A DNA stretch of 64,000 bases from the human T2T-CHM13v2.0 reference genome, Homo sapiens, in the NCBI RefSeq assembly GCF_009914755.1, contig NC_060925.1; one strand, 5' to 3'. The notes beneath the pieces were generated by a model that saw nothing but the letters and a program-made list of their open reading frames with translations, ran no database searches and had not been told where the DNA came from. Both the position numbers and the translations under genes were made by a program. Each line of letters opens with the position of its first letter. Positions within the stretch are counted from its first letter, which is position 1. This document shows, one piece after another, positions 38,073-49,990 of this stretch.

Positions 38073-39498
38073 CATGGATATACCACCTAATTCTCCCTAA
38101 ATCCTCTCTCTAGTCTTTCCTTCCTGTATGTTGCCGGTTGAGCCCTTCACTCCAGCTGATTGAAAGAAACAAGTAAATGGCAAGATAAATACAATGATGG
38201 CTTATGACAGGCTAAGATGCATAAACAGCCCAGAAGAGGGCACCTTAATCAGACAAGGAAGGCCAAGGAAGGCTTCCCAAAACAGGTGGTGACTTTATTG
38301 AGTTATAGAGGGGAAGATTATTCCTGACTCAGGAAGGAATGAAGAATAGCCTCAGAATCCAGAATTGTGAAGAAAAAAAACAAAATCAACACATAGGGCC
38401 CATTCAGGGGCCTTAAAGATTTCTTATTCCCCATAGATTCCATCACTCAAACATTAATCACTTTTGGCCTGGAATTTTCACTTTAAATGTTGATTTGCAC
38501 CATTATTTAACTTTTCATATTTAAACCGTATCACCAGAACCAGACTGTGATCTCGCTAAGGGCAGGATCAAACTCAGCTATGTTGTATGCCCTTGGTATC
38601 TAGCAGGGTGTCCAGCCTACTGCAGATAGTGTATGTTTATAAAATAATTAAAAATTACATCTTTTTAAAAATAGAATTTTAAATTCCAGTATTTATTTTG
38701 AAGCACAGACTCCGGTAAGGAGTTAAAGTTATTTACCAGGATTTTGAAAATGACATAAACCAGTGAGATCGGGGTGGCGAAATGTTACCAAGGGTAATTA
38801 GAAAAGAGGAATGTTTCCGAGAGTGGTGTCAAGCAGTATAGGCAATGTGAGGATGATAGGTATTAGTATTTGCTGAAGGTGAGTGGGATTTCTCTCTAAT
38901 CTGAGAGCAACACAGCCCAACTTGCTCAGATGACAGGCATGGAGGAGAAAAAAGTTACACATGTTTGGGGCAAATGAAACTGCAAAGAGCTAAGATACAG
39001 AAAACTCAGCCTAATTCAATCAGACATTATAGTCAGACCTGGTTAATGTGAGACAATTAATACAATCCATTTTTATGCAGATTAAAACGTTTCAAATTAA
39101 CAGGTCAATAGCATTCATATGTTCTAAATTTGGGCTCCACCAGAGCCAGGTGAACCGTTAAGTGAACCAATCTAAACTTTATTACAGAGGAGGAGTCGGG
39201 ATGCTCAGGAATTCACACTAAACTCAATTTGCAGTTAATCGTTCACATTTTTCTCTCATCTACCAGATATCCTAACTTAAGAAAGACCTGCTAGGCTTTC
39301 TCCTATGACAAAAGACAAAGAGGACATGAATTATTCATCAGTAGTAAAGGTATCATTTTATCTGTTTATTTTCCAATTAGGTGAAGTCAGATAAAGAAGC
39401 AGTCAATAAAACCAAGAGATTTTTCCCCATTGTATGGAATTAAAAGTAGACAGTGTTAATGTGGGTCTTGGAGTCCATAAAAAACATTCAATTAGCAG

Positions 39499-39544
39499 TG
39501 CGCATTAGAGAGGAGAATGATGCGCATTAGAGAGGAGAATGATG
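39499..39544. repeat. Perfect 22-bp tandem duplication
   Basis: (tgcgcattagagaggagaatga)x2 + tg. Confidence 0.97.
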
Positions 39545-40299
39545 AGAAACTGAATACATAACTATCCAAAACCCTCAATGTGGTGGCTCTGAAGGTTGGA
39601 CTACACCAACCTTTCCTCCCTCCCTCCTGCCTCATCACTAGCAGCCCCCACCCCACATCCGCTTTCTTTCTCAGCCTCTCAGCCCTTGCTCAAGCCCCTC
39701 CCAAGTTTGGCCCTTGTCTCTGCTGCCTAGCACTCTCCATTTCTTCTTTAAGACACTGCTCCATCCCAGCCATCCTCCACCACTACCCTCAATGCCTGCA
39801 AAGGACAAAGAGTTGACTCCCCTCCTTCATGTTCCAGCCACTCTGTGTGTAGCTCCGTTAAGGTTTCAACTGTTTCCCTGAGAACTGCTCAAGAGCCAGG
39901 GTGGATGCTTTATCCTGTTTGTACCTTTGATGCCCTGCACAGAGCAGATGCTCAAGTAATGTTTGTTTTGACCTCCAAATAAGCCACATGTATCCTGTAG
40001 ATGCTGGAGCCTGCCCATTTCAGTCTTCTTTGATTTTTGCTTTTACTTTGCAATGAAGCCACTGGGTAGAGACTGTGACTTCCCTGCACTTCACTTCCAA
40101 GTTCCTTTCAGGCCAGCCTGGAGCAGAAGGCAGACAGACCAGAGGGAGAAAGAGCAGCTCCCATTCCCTTGGCACATCTCTGTACACATTTCTGAGCTCC
40201 CAGAACAAATCACCTGCCCCCTGTTCTGGGCTCTTAGCCCGAGTTAGCCTCAAAAGTGGTCATCGGTGTTGGTAAGCATGCTTTACACAATGGGGCAGA

Positions 40300-40480
40300 G
40301 GACGAAACAGGGTGGGGGTCAAAACTCAGCCCCAACACTTGGAGCACATTGCTTAACTTTTCTGAACTTTGGTTTCTCCACCTTACCAAAGGGATAAAAG
40401 TGTGCTTTGGTGTGAGGACTAAATGAACCACTGTGTATAAAGTACCTAATGCGGTGCTTGGTACAGAGCAGGTGCTATTA
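40300..40480 (+). mobile_element. MIR
   Basis: ttgcttaacttttctgaactttggtttctccac...gtgaggactaaatgaa...gcggtgcttggtacag. Confidence 0.75.
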
Positions 40481-41483
40481 TTATAACTGGATGTTTATAC
40501 ATCTACTTGTTTACATATTATAACTGATGTTTTTACATATTTCACTATTTACTAGACTGTGAGCTCCTGAAGGATGCAGACTGTGTCTTTTTTATCACTT
40601 CTCCTCCTCCAGCTCTGGAGTGAAGCCAGTCATTGTAAGTAGGTGATAACAGTTGTTTAAGTGAATTATTAAAGGTAAACCAGGCCAAAGAGCAAACTCC
40701 ATGAAGTTTAAAATGTTTTTGGCTTCCCTCACCTTCCCATTCCCACACAGAACACATTCCTTCTCTAGAACAATTCACGAAATCAAGAACTGATTGTATC
40801 TCATCATTCATTTTCAGATCTGTAACCTCAGGTCCATTTCATGAGCTCACAGACACTCTTTCTCTCTGAATCTTGGTTTCCTTGTTTCACAAATGAATTC
40901 GACTAAGTAATTGCTTGACTTCTTTCCAGCATTAAAGAAATCACCCGCAAATGATTTCATTTATCCAACAAGCATTTACTAGGGATTTCTCCGAGTTCTA
41001 CACTTTTGCTAGGCATAGACACGATGAAAAGGGGGTACTCCCTGCCCTCAAGGAGCTCACAGTCTAGCAATGAAATATTTGGGGATACTTAAAGCTACAC
41101 CATAAGGTGACTGCTCCAGATCTTTCCATAATTTCCTTTTATATTCAACCTCAGTCCACCTTGTTCGCATCCCTCAAATCATCCCTGGAAATGCACTTAG
41201 AAACATTCAACCTTTGGATCAGATGAAATGCTCATGCTCTGCCTGACCCAGACATAAATTCTAAAGACAGCAGGAAGCAAAAGAGGGCAAACCATGACTT
41301 AATCCAGCTTTTCCCAAAGTAACATTTGCAGAAAACTAGTCTATGGAGGTACTTTGAAAATTGATTCTACGGACAGGTGACTGAAAGAGGGTATTAAACA
41401 CCCTCTCCACTGCAGGATTTCTCAGAGCCTTTAATGTGACCACACACAGCCCTATGACTCTCCAAGAGGAAGACAGAGTAGGC

Positions 41484-41846
41484 TGCGTCTTTTCAGCTTG
41501 TGCTGCCATAACAAAATACCATAGACTGGGTGGCTTAAACAACAGAAATTTATTTCTTAACAGCTGGAGGCTAAGAAGTCCAAGAGCAAGGCACCAGCAG
41601 ATTTAGTTCCTGATGAGGGTCTTTTTCATGGCTGTGGACAGTCACTTTCTTCCGGTATCCTCACATTGTAAAGAGGGAGCTCCAGTCTCTCTTTCTTTTC
41701 TTATATGGCCACTAATCCCATCATGAGAGTACCATCCTCAGACCTCATCGAATCCTCATCACCTCCCAATGTCCCTGCCTCCAAATACCATCACACTGGG
41801 GGCTTAGGGCTTCAACACAGGAATCTAGGGGTACACAAACCCACAG
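41484..41846 (-). mobile_element. MLT1A0-type MaLR LTR (sense to DAB1)
   Basis: gctgccataacaaaataccatagactgggtggcttaaacaacagaaatttattt...cctccaaataccatcacactggg. Confidence 0.9.
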
Positions 41847-41876
41847 TGCTGTTCAGTGTTTTCATACACAGAGCAC

Positions 41877-42191
41877 TATTATTTATTTATTTATTTATTT
41901 ATTTTTTGAGACAGGTTTGCACTCTGTTGCCTGGATTGGAGTGCAGTGGCACAATCTTGGTTCATCGCAGCCTCAACCTCCCAGGCTCAAGTGATTCTCT
42001 GGCATCAGCCCCCTGAGTATCTGGGACTACAGGCGTGTGACCTCACACTTGGCTAATTTTTTTTATTTTTTGTAGTGATGGGGGTCTTACTATGTTCCCC
42101 AGGCTGGTCTTGTACTCCTGGCCTCACGTGATCCTCTTACCTCAGCCTTCTAAAGTGCTAGGATTGCAGGCGTGAGCTACAATGCCTGGCC
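41877..42191 (-). mobile_element. AluJ with (TTTA)n tail
   Basis: Diverged dimeric Alu; degenerate TSD acacagagc(a/c)ct. Confidence 0.92.
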
Positions 42192-45100
42192 TACACACAG
42201 AGCCCTCTTTACGTGAAACACCACATGAGACTACAGGCCCAGGATCCCACTGGGAGAAGTGCTGAGATAATCTGGAAGATGGGCTGTCAGAGAAGAGAGA
42301 GATGCGCACCAGTCTCTACCAGATTTACTGCACACACCACCGTTCTGCAGCACCAGGTGCCTTTCATGGAAGAGTTTGTTGATAATTTTCCCGAGTGTGT
42401 GAATTCCTCTCTATGTGACCTGCAAGAAAACAATCTGCCAATCCTCCGGACGGCAGATGGGGCCTCTTCAGAACTGCTGCCAAACCTGGCAACCAATCAC
42501 CCCAAAATGGTTAGCTCTGCCATGGTAGATGTCAGGAAAAAAAGAGGTTAAGAGATCACCAAAATGATACCATGTGTCAAAACACCTCCTGTGTCTTGGC
42601 AGGAGAGGGGAAATTTAAATGCTAAAACAAATCCTATTAAGCAATGCTTGCCAGGAAACTTAACCAAAACAAGAAGGAAAGGATTCCTGTCATATGGGCT
42701 GGGTAGCTCAACGGTGGCCTCTTGAGATTTGAGCGGCCAAATCAATTCCTTTGCCAGAGTTACTTTTCCTAAAAGCTTGAGAGATTTACAAGTGGAAAAA
42801 ACAACAACAAAAAATACCCCTACAAACATGGAGATATGATTGACCTGAAATTCAGGTCTCAGATACCTTTATGATGTTTAAAAATAACCTTCAGTGATAG
42901 TTTTTAAATTAGGATCTCTAAGAACCCCAGAAAGTCATTTTCTGGGGGAGGAATCTAACCATTACAGAGCAAATGCTACTGAGTAGATTAGGTTTAAAAA
43001 TACACTCCCTTTGCCTTACCAGGTTGTTTGCTACCCATGATGGCTGTTGCATCCTGCAGGGTGACATTTCTCGCAGCTGCCACCTAGCTAGTAGCATAAA
43101 GCAAATCCACCTAGCTTCTGAGAGGTGGGTAGGTCTGTGAGTTTTCTGGGTCAGATCCCAGGAATTAGAGGCAAAGAGAAAAGCCTACCTGTAAGGAGAA
43201 TGGCTAGCGGCAGATCTTGAGTCCAACCTCTGTGCCAGCGTTGGGATGGCATGAGTTTTCATCTTGCTTGCCACATTTGACCAACTGGTAAAGACCACGT
43301 GGGGTGCTATACTCAAAGAACCCTGAGACCACACATGAGCTCATGGAAAAGAATGCCAGGATGGATGAGAGATGCCCACTCTGGAGGTAGACTGTGGTTT
43401 CCTAGCTAACAGGTACTTGATCCTCCGAGGATGGAAACACCCCACACATACGCACTGTATTTTGCAGTAGGGAAGCACGTTTTATATACCTTATTAAATT
43501 GTGTGTCCATGTCATTGCCTTGGTCACATTTACTTCAAACATTCTAAAACTATGGACAGTAAGACCTGCATAAAGTTTAAGTGATTTGAAGAAGGTCACA
43601 AAACTAATAATGGGAAGTGCCATGCCATGATTCAATTCTAGGTCTTTTGACTAACTGTCCTTTCTCTATATCACCACTTTGCACAGCTGATAGCCAAGAC
43701 AGAATTTCTGTTTCTCACTGACTTAAAATTACTGGCAAAAAACTTTTGAGTTTGGGCACCTGCCTGAAATAACATCTGCCCATGTGGCATGTGAGGGATA
43801 AAATCATATATCTGACCATTACTTAGCAAATTACCAGTCATTAGATAAATTCTGTCTATTATTAATAAAATTATTCGTAGTAGTATTAATCTACAGACAG
43901 TGCTAACATGGTGACATGAAATGAGGGCCTTAGGAAAAATTATTAATGTTGACAGCACTTTAAGAAAAAATCCCAGCCTGATCTTCCTGCATTAGAAAAT
44001 ACCTGTCATTCCCATTTCTATAACTCTATAATTCACATGCTACATTCATTCCACAATCCTCACACAGCCTACAACAATGGCCCCCAAAGCAGCTGGAGTC
44101 CAGCACAATGAGTGCTGAACCCTGGTCAAGGGATTTGGCTTAGCAGGCCAATTAATCCCAAGGTCACAAAACTAATTAGTGCCGCAAGAGGAGCGGATCC
44201 CAGGCAGCCTGCTTTCCAGCCTCATCCTCCTTCCTCCCTCCAAAGCCCATGAGAAGCCCTTGAGAACTCCGTACTGTGTCCCATGACATGAGCTAAATGG
44301 ACACAATCCCATATTACTTTCTCTTAGTTACAAAGTCATTGGTAGATATGCTTTTATTGGCCATTACTCGTACTTTATATTGGCGCTAGTTTTGCAACCC
44401 ATTCTCCCTTTCCAGTGTTGCCTTTCCGTTTTTTTTGCATATCTAAACAGTAATTCTAATTATGTGGGCTTGATCATCTGTGTCTTTGAAACCTTTCTTC
44501 AGTGTCATCAGCAGCTCAATTCTTTGTTATGTCTTGATTTAGCAAGGCTATTGATGCATCATGTTCATTAATTCCAGAATGTTCCAGGATGGTCTGCAAT
44601 TTGTCTCTTCCAAAAAAAAAAAAAAAAACCCCACAAAACAAAAACATACCCATAGATACATATACACCTCTATATTTGCAAGTTGGGTCACAGCTCAGAA
44701 GACACTCAGAACCGCAGAGGAAGATTCCTGACTGCTCAGCATTTAACCTTCTGAATAGTGAAAAATCTACTATCAAATAATCTGGAAGAGGTCAGTCAAT
44801 AAAAATAATTGAATAATTGATGATGTTGTATTAAGCTAAAGTATAACATATGATATTCATTAACCCATCAAGAAATATTGCTTGAGTTAAACCACATCCC
44901 TCAAATGAGTATTTCTGGTGCTAATTCAAAAGGCAATAGCAGTCAACCAGGGGATGTTTTTAATGTTTTATGCTTTCACTGCAGTGCTGTTTATAGAGGG
45001 GTTAGCAGGGCAATAAGGATCATATTTAGGAATGCAGTTCAGTGACAGCTAAGGCACTGAACTACAATCAAGTCATCTTCCTTCACTTAAGCAACCTGGA

Positions 45101-45324
45101 CAGCTGCACTCCAGCTAATCAGCCTGTCTGAGAAGGAATTGACAAGCTACTGGAGATTTACTGTGGTAGTAAAGGAGGGGCTTTCCTTGTTCTTCATAAA
45201 TAAATAAATAAATAACTCCAGGGACGTAGTGTTAATATTGCATTTGGCTCTGAAGTGCTCTCAGATATTGTTTCATTTTACCACTAGGGTGGTGCAGATG
45301 TGTGTCGTACCCAGGCTCCTGGAA

Positions 45325-45530
45325 GCCATGCAGCAGAACACACAGGTTGTGGAGTCACAGAAACCTGGTCTGAATCCTTGCTGTATCATTTACTAGCTGG
45401 GTAACCTTGGATAACTCCTTTAATCTTACTGAGCCTCGGTTTCCTCACCTGCAAGAGGGAGAGAATAATAATGACCTTGAAGTGCAATGAGACAATGTCC
45501 ACAAAGCATCAAGCCCTGAATGTAGCATAG
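45325..45530 (+). mobile_element. MIR
   Basis: ggagtcacagaaacctgg...tactagctgggtaaccttgg...ctgagcctcggtttcctcacctgcaa. Confidence 0.85.
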
Positions 45531-46474
45531 AGGAGATGGTAAATAAAATTTAGGATTCTTGCATTTTCCCATCTGGCAAACGAGAAAACAGTGTCGACGT
45601 GATGTGCTTCTTGAGAGCAGGGGTTGTATGTCACTCCTCATTGTGTCCCCGGTGCCCCACGCAGTGCCTGGCATAAAGGAGGCACTCAGGAAATCTTGCT
45701 CATGTCTATTTAGCTGGTCTGGAGCTCCACACTATGGTCCAGACTGTTGGAAATGCTTGCAGCTCCCAGCAGGCAGTACAGTGTGAACCCTCGGCAGCTT
45801 GACCCCTGCTTAGCATATATTGTTCCCTCTGTCAGGAATACCCTTCCCTCTCCTCTTCCTGGTGAACTGTCTCATCTCTGTAGAGCCACCTAAACAGCAT
45901 CATTTCTCTGTAAATACCATCCTTCCTTCCCTGACCCTGACACCCTTGCCTATCTCTTCCAGTTCATACCAAAGTACCTTGATCCTCCTTTTTCTATACC
46001 ACTGCTGCCCCTTGCTCCATCACTGAACTTAACATTGTAAATTAGGAATAAGTCTGAACAAGTAAGCACCTAAAAAGTAAATGCTATATTGTATTTTTTT
46101 TGACTCTCTGTATCCACAAATGCTAGCAAAGAAACTGTCTGCTAACGATAAGAACAATAACAATTTAACTGTAAGAACAGCTAACATGCAATTGGTGTGC
46201 ACTTACCATATGCCAAAGACACTGTGGTAATTGTTTCATGAGGGCTCTCATGTTTTACCCTCCCGGTAACCTTATTAAATACTCTTATTATTCCTATGTT
46301 ACAAATTTATAAATTGGCATAGAGAGGCTTAAAAACTTGTCTAAGATTCTCTAGCCTCTGCCCAATAAGGAGGCAGTATGGCACCATGGTTAAGAGTATG
46401 ACTTCTGGAGTCAAAAAGACTGGGTTGAAACACATGGCTTCACCATTTACAAGTTGTGTGAGTGGAAAAAATTC

Positions 46475-47295
46475 TGTAGCCTAGCTCACTCAACATCTCT
46501 CCTGACACCCTTCTTTTTAACCTTTGCCTTCTATAGAGACTAGAAAGTGAAATACTGGAATCCTGCTTCCCATTTAGCTAGGGTTGGTCATGTGCCCCAG
46601 TTGGAGGCAAAGAAGATACAGATGAACATTCCTGAGAAAGGCTTTCTTCCTTTAAAAGACAAATTCTCAAAAGTTAAAGCCTTTTACCCTTCCTACAATT
46701 GCTCTTCTTCTTTTGTCTCTTGCACTTCCTTTTGACTTGGCATTGAGATGAGAAAACTGGAGCTACAGCAGCCACTTTGAGCTCATAAAGAACAAACACT
46801 ACACATTAAAGATGAGGTAGCAGAAAGGCAGAGGAATCTTGGGTTCTTGATGACTTTCTTGAGCAGCTTTATCGGCACTAGCTTGCTCTTACTCTAAGAG
46901 TTTTTTGTTTGTTTGTTTGTTTGTTTTTTAAAGACGGAGTCTTGCTCTATTGCCCAGCCTAGCCGGAGTTAGTGCAATCTCGACTCACTACAACCTCTGC
47001 CTCCCAGGTTCAAGTGATTCTCGGGCCTCAGCCTCCTGAGTAGCTGGGACTACAGGCCCACACCACCATGCCTGGCTAATTTTTGTATTTTTAGTAGAGA
47101 CAGGGTTTCACCGTGTTGGCCAGGTGGGTCTTGAACTCCTGACCTCAAGTAATCTGCCCGCCTTGGCCTCCCAAAGTGCTGGGATTACAGGCATAAGCCA
47201 CAATGCCCAGCTGGGAGTCTTTTTTATATAATAAAAATAAACATCTTGCTTGTTCAGGCCACTCATTGAGGTCTCTGTTATTCATAACCAAACAC
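46475..47295 (+). mobile_element. Old MLT1 (J/K-like) LTR interrupted by an Alu
   Basis: tagctagggttggtcatgtgccccag, ctggagctacagcagccactttg, ggaatcttgggttcttgatgac; resumes after the Alu with ttgttcaggccact. Confidence 0.7.
46901..47211 (-). mobile_element. AluS element
   Basis: Dimeric Alu with (TTTG)n tail. Confidence 0.93.
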
Positions 47296-47799
47296 ATGGA
47301 TAGAGACCCATCCTCACTATGCCTCAGTCTCTCAACTGTCAAAATGAGGTAATAACAGTGTCTGTTACCTTTCTAGTTTTCTGAGGATAGAATGATAATG
47401 CATTTAAAGAGCTTAGTTTAGTTTCGGTAGAGTAATCATTTATGGAATATTTACTCTTATTACTATTATTACTACCAATCAATGAGAGACTTAACCTTCA
47501 GAAACCCCAAGGTTCAGCTTCCTTTCTTCTACAATCAGTCTTCCAATGACTCCACTTTTATACAGATAAATGTATCAGGTAAATTAGCCATCTTTCTCTG
47601 TGACCAGAAAGTCTCCAGATTTGATATTTAAACAATCTCTGAAATGTACATGAGGCAGGGCTTCTTACCCATGCCCAATAGATTTAAAAAAATGGAGACT
47701 GAGGCTAGAAAGGGATTGTTCAAGGTCACATGGCCAATTTCATTCATTTTATGGAAGTTGGAGTAAAGTCCAGACTTCTTACCCTGTTCTGCAATGCTC

Positions 47800-48185
47800 T
47801 GTTTAATCTGACCTGTCTGCCTCCCACCAGCCACATGGCCTTCCTTTCTGTTCCTCAAACATCCCACACCGTCTTCTGCTCCAAGGCATCTGTTCTGTCT
47901 ACTTGCTGTCTTATCTGTTGAAACTCTCTTCGCCTTGCTCTTTGCGTGGCTGTTTCTTTCCCATCCCGTAGATCCTAGGGGTAATGAGAGGTCATCCCCA
48001 AGTACACTAGTAATGGACTTGCTTCCTAGACCAGGAGTTCTCTCTCACTTCCCCTACTGATGTCCCGCACATCTGTAATGATCTGCTCATTTGTTCATCT
48101 GTTTATTTATTGATTGATTCTGGCTGGAATGTAAGCCTCTTAGAGGCAGGAACTTTGCCTGTTTTGTTTACCACCATTGTCCTAA
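47800..48185 (+). mobile_element. L2 3' fragment
   Basis: ggccttcctttctgttcctcaaacat...ctggaatgtaagcctcttagaggcaggaactttgcctgttttgttt. Confidence 0.75.
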
Positions 48186-49249
48186 AGTTAGAGGAGAAGG
48201 AAAGAGGGAGGAGATTAAACCCAAGAAAAAGCTTCACACCTAGGTTCAAATCCCAGCTTTGCCATGTAACAATTTAAGGTAAAGCAACTCACTTAACGGC
48301 TCAGTTTCTCAGCATCCTCATCTCCGACAGGAGAATGGGCACACTTATCTTACAGGGTTGCTGTCAATAGGACATGTGATAACATATATAAAGGATGTAG
48401 CCCCATGCTGGGCACATTAAATGCCCCACACATGCTTGTTCCTTCCTATTCTTATTTCTCCACCTCGCTTGCATTGCTTGCAATAGCACAGTGCTAGGCA
48501 AATTGTGTGTAACCAACCAATTGACAAAGATAAGAAGAAATGAGTGGAATTAAATTCTCAGGGATCAGCCAGTTCTGCTCCTCTCAAAGCCACTCCAGCT
48601 CCCTACAGACTATGGTCTGTTGATTTATCTGTAGATTGCAGACAGTGTTAGTATCTACTGCATAGAGTTGCTGTGAGGATAAAATAAAGTAATATCTATT
48701 AACTGCTTAGAACAGCTCTGGCACATATTAAACTCTCAATAAATGTTTGTTCTTATTATAATCTGTGTCTATGTGGACAAATCTAAACAAATTTGATATT
48801 TACCATTATAAGTGAACGTCTACTCCAAATCAAACTAGAATCCATCACTGTCATCATCATTACCCTAACACCTTATGTTGGCAATGCACATTGTATTAGG
48901 AATAACGGGACAGAGACAAGGGTTGGAGGAGGTAGTAAAGGAAGTGGTACAATTGAAGCAGGTATTTGGGGGAAAGGGAAACCAAAATAGACCCCCAGCC
49001 TTGGACTCCCATTCTCTCTCAGTAAAGGAAACCAGGCCAAGTACAAGCAGTCTCAATGCGTGTAAGTGGGGAAGTAAGGCCCAGCCAAGTTCACCATGAT
49101 GAATATGGAGGCCAGGCTAAGACTGTGTGGCAGGAAAAGGCCTGTAATGCTCACGGAGGACTTCATCTAAAGTGGACTCCAAGCTCAGGACTCAGGCCTG
49201 AACAGAGGACTAAGGAAGCACAGGCATTAAAGGGCATCCCCCTTGGGGT

Positions 49250-49990
49250 CAGGCTGCCCTGGGTTCAAGTCCTGACTCTGCCATGCACTCAGCATGTTCC
49301 CTTGGGACAGTGGCTTTATGACTTGGAGCCTTTTTCTGTATGTGAAGCTTAGAGAAAAATGAAGCTAGTAACTCTCCCCTCACAAGTGGCAGTGAGGATT
49401 CCTGATATAACGTCTTACAGGCAGTGAGCACTTAATAAATGGTAGTTAACTGATAATAATCACAATAGCAAATGCTTGTACCTTACGACATGTTAGGGTT
49501 TATTGTAAGTACTTTACAAATATAAATTGATTTAGTCCACACAACAACCCTGTGAGGAAGGCGCTATTAATAAGAATAATGTCGATGACATAATTACAAA
49601 CATAAACAGCACTTTCCATACGATAAGCATTGTTTTAAGCTTTACGTATGGTAACTCCTACTCACAACAATCCTGTGAAGTAAGCACTATTATTGTCTCC
49701 ACCATACAGATGAGGAAACTGAGGCAGGGATGGGTGAACCTGCCTAAGGTCATCTGGCTAGTAATAGTAGAGCTGGGCTTCAACAGTACCTCTCACAGGA
49801 TAAAGCTTCATGAACATCCTAGAGAAAGTTAAAGAACATTGTTGTCCTTCCTGTTTAAATAAGGAAACTGAGGCCCAGAGAAGTGAGGTATCCCATAGCT
49901 AGAAACCAGAGAACTAACCTTTCATTTCTTTCTGGGAATAATAATCAAACCATAGCCTTTTGATTTCTGGTTCAGAGCTATGTCCACCCC
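49250..49990. mobile_element. MIR cluster (one + copy tail-to-tail with several - copies)
   Basis: + ctgggttcaagtcctgactctgcca...gcacttaataaatggtag; - cagatgaggaaactgaggc (about 49710) and aaggaaactgaggcccagagaag (about 49865). Confidence 0.85.

Noticed and set aside
42213-42551. 112-aa plus-strand ORF in unique sequence
   Set aside because: GTG start, antisense to DAB1, no recognisable homology or splice context.
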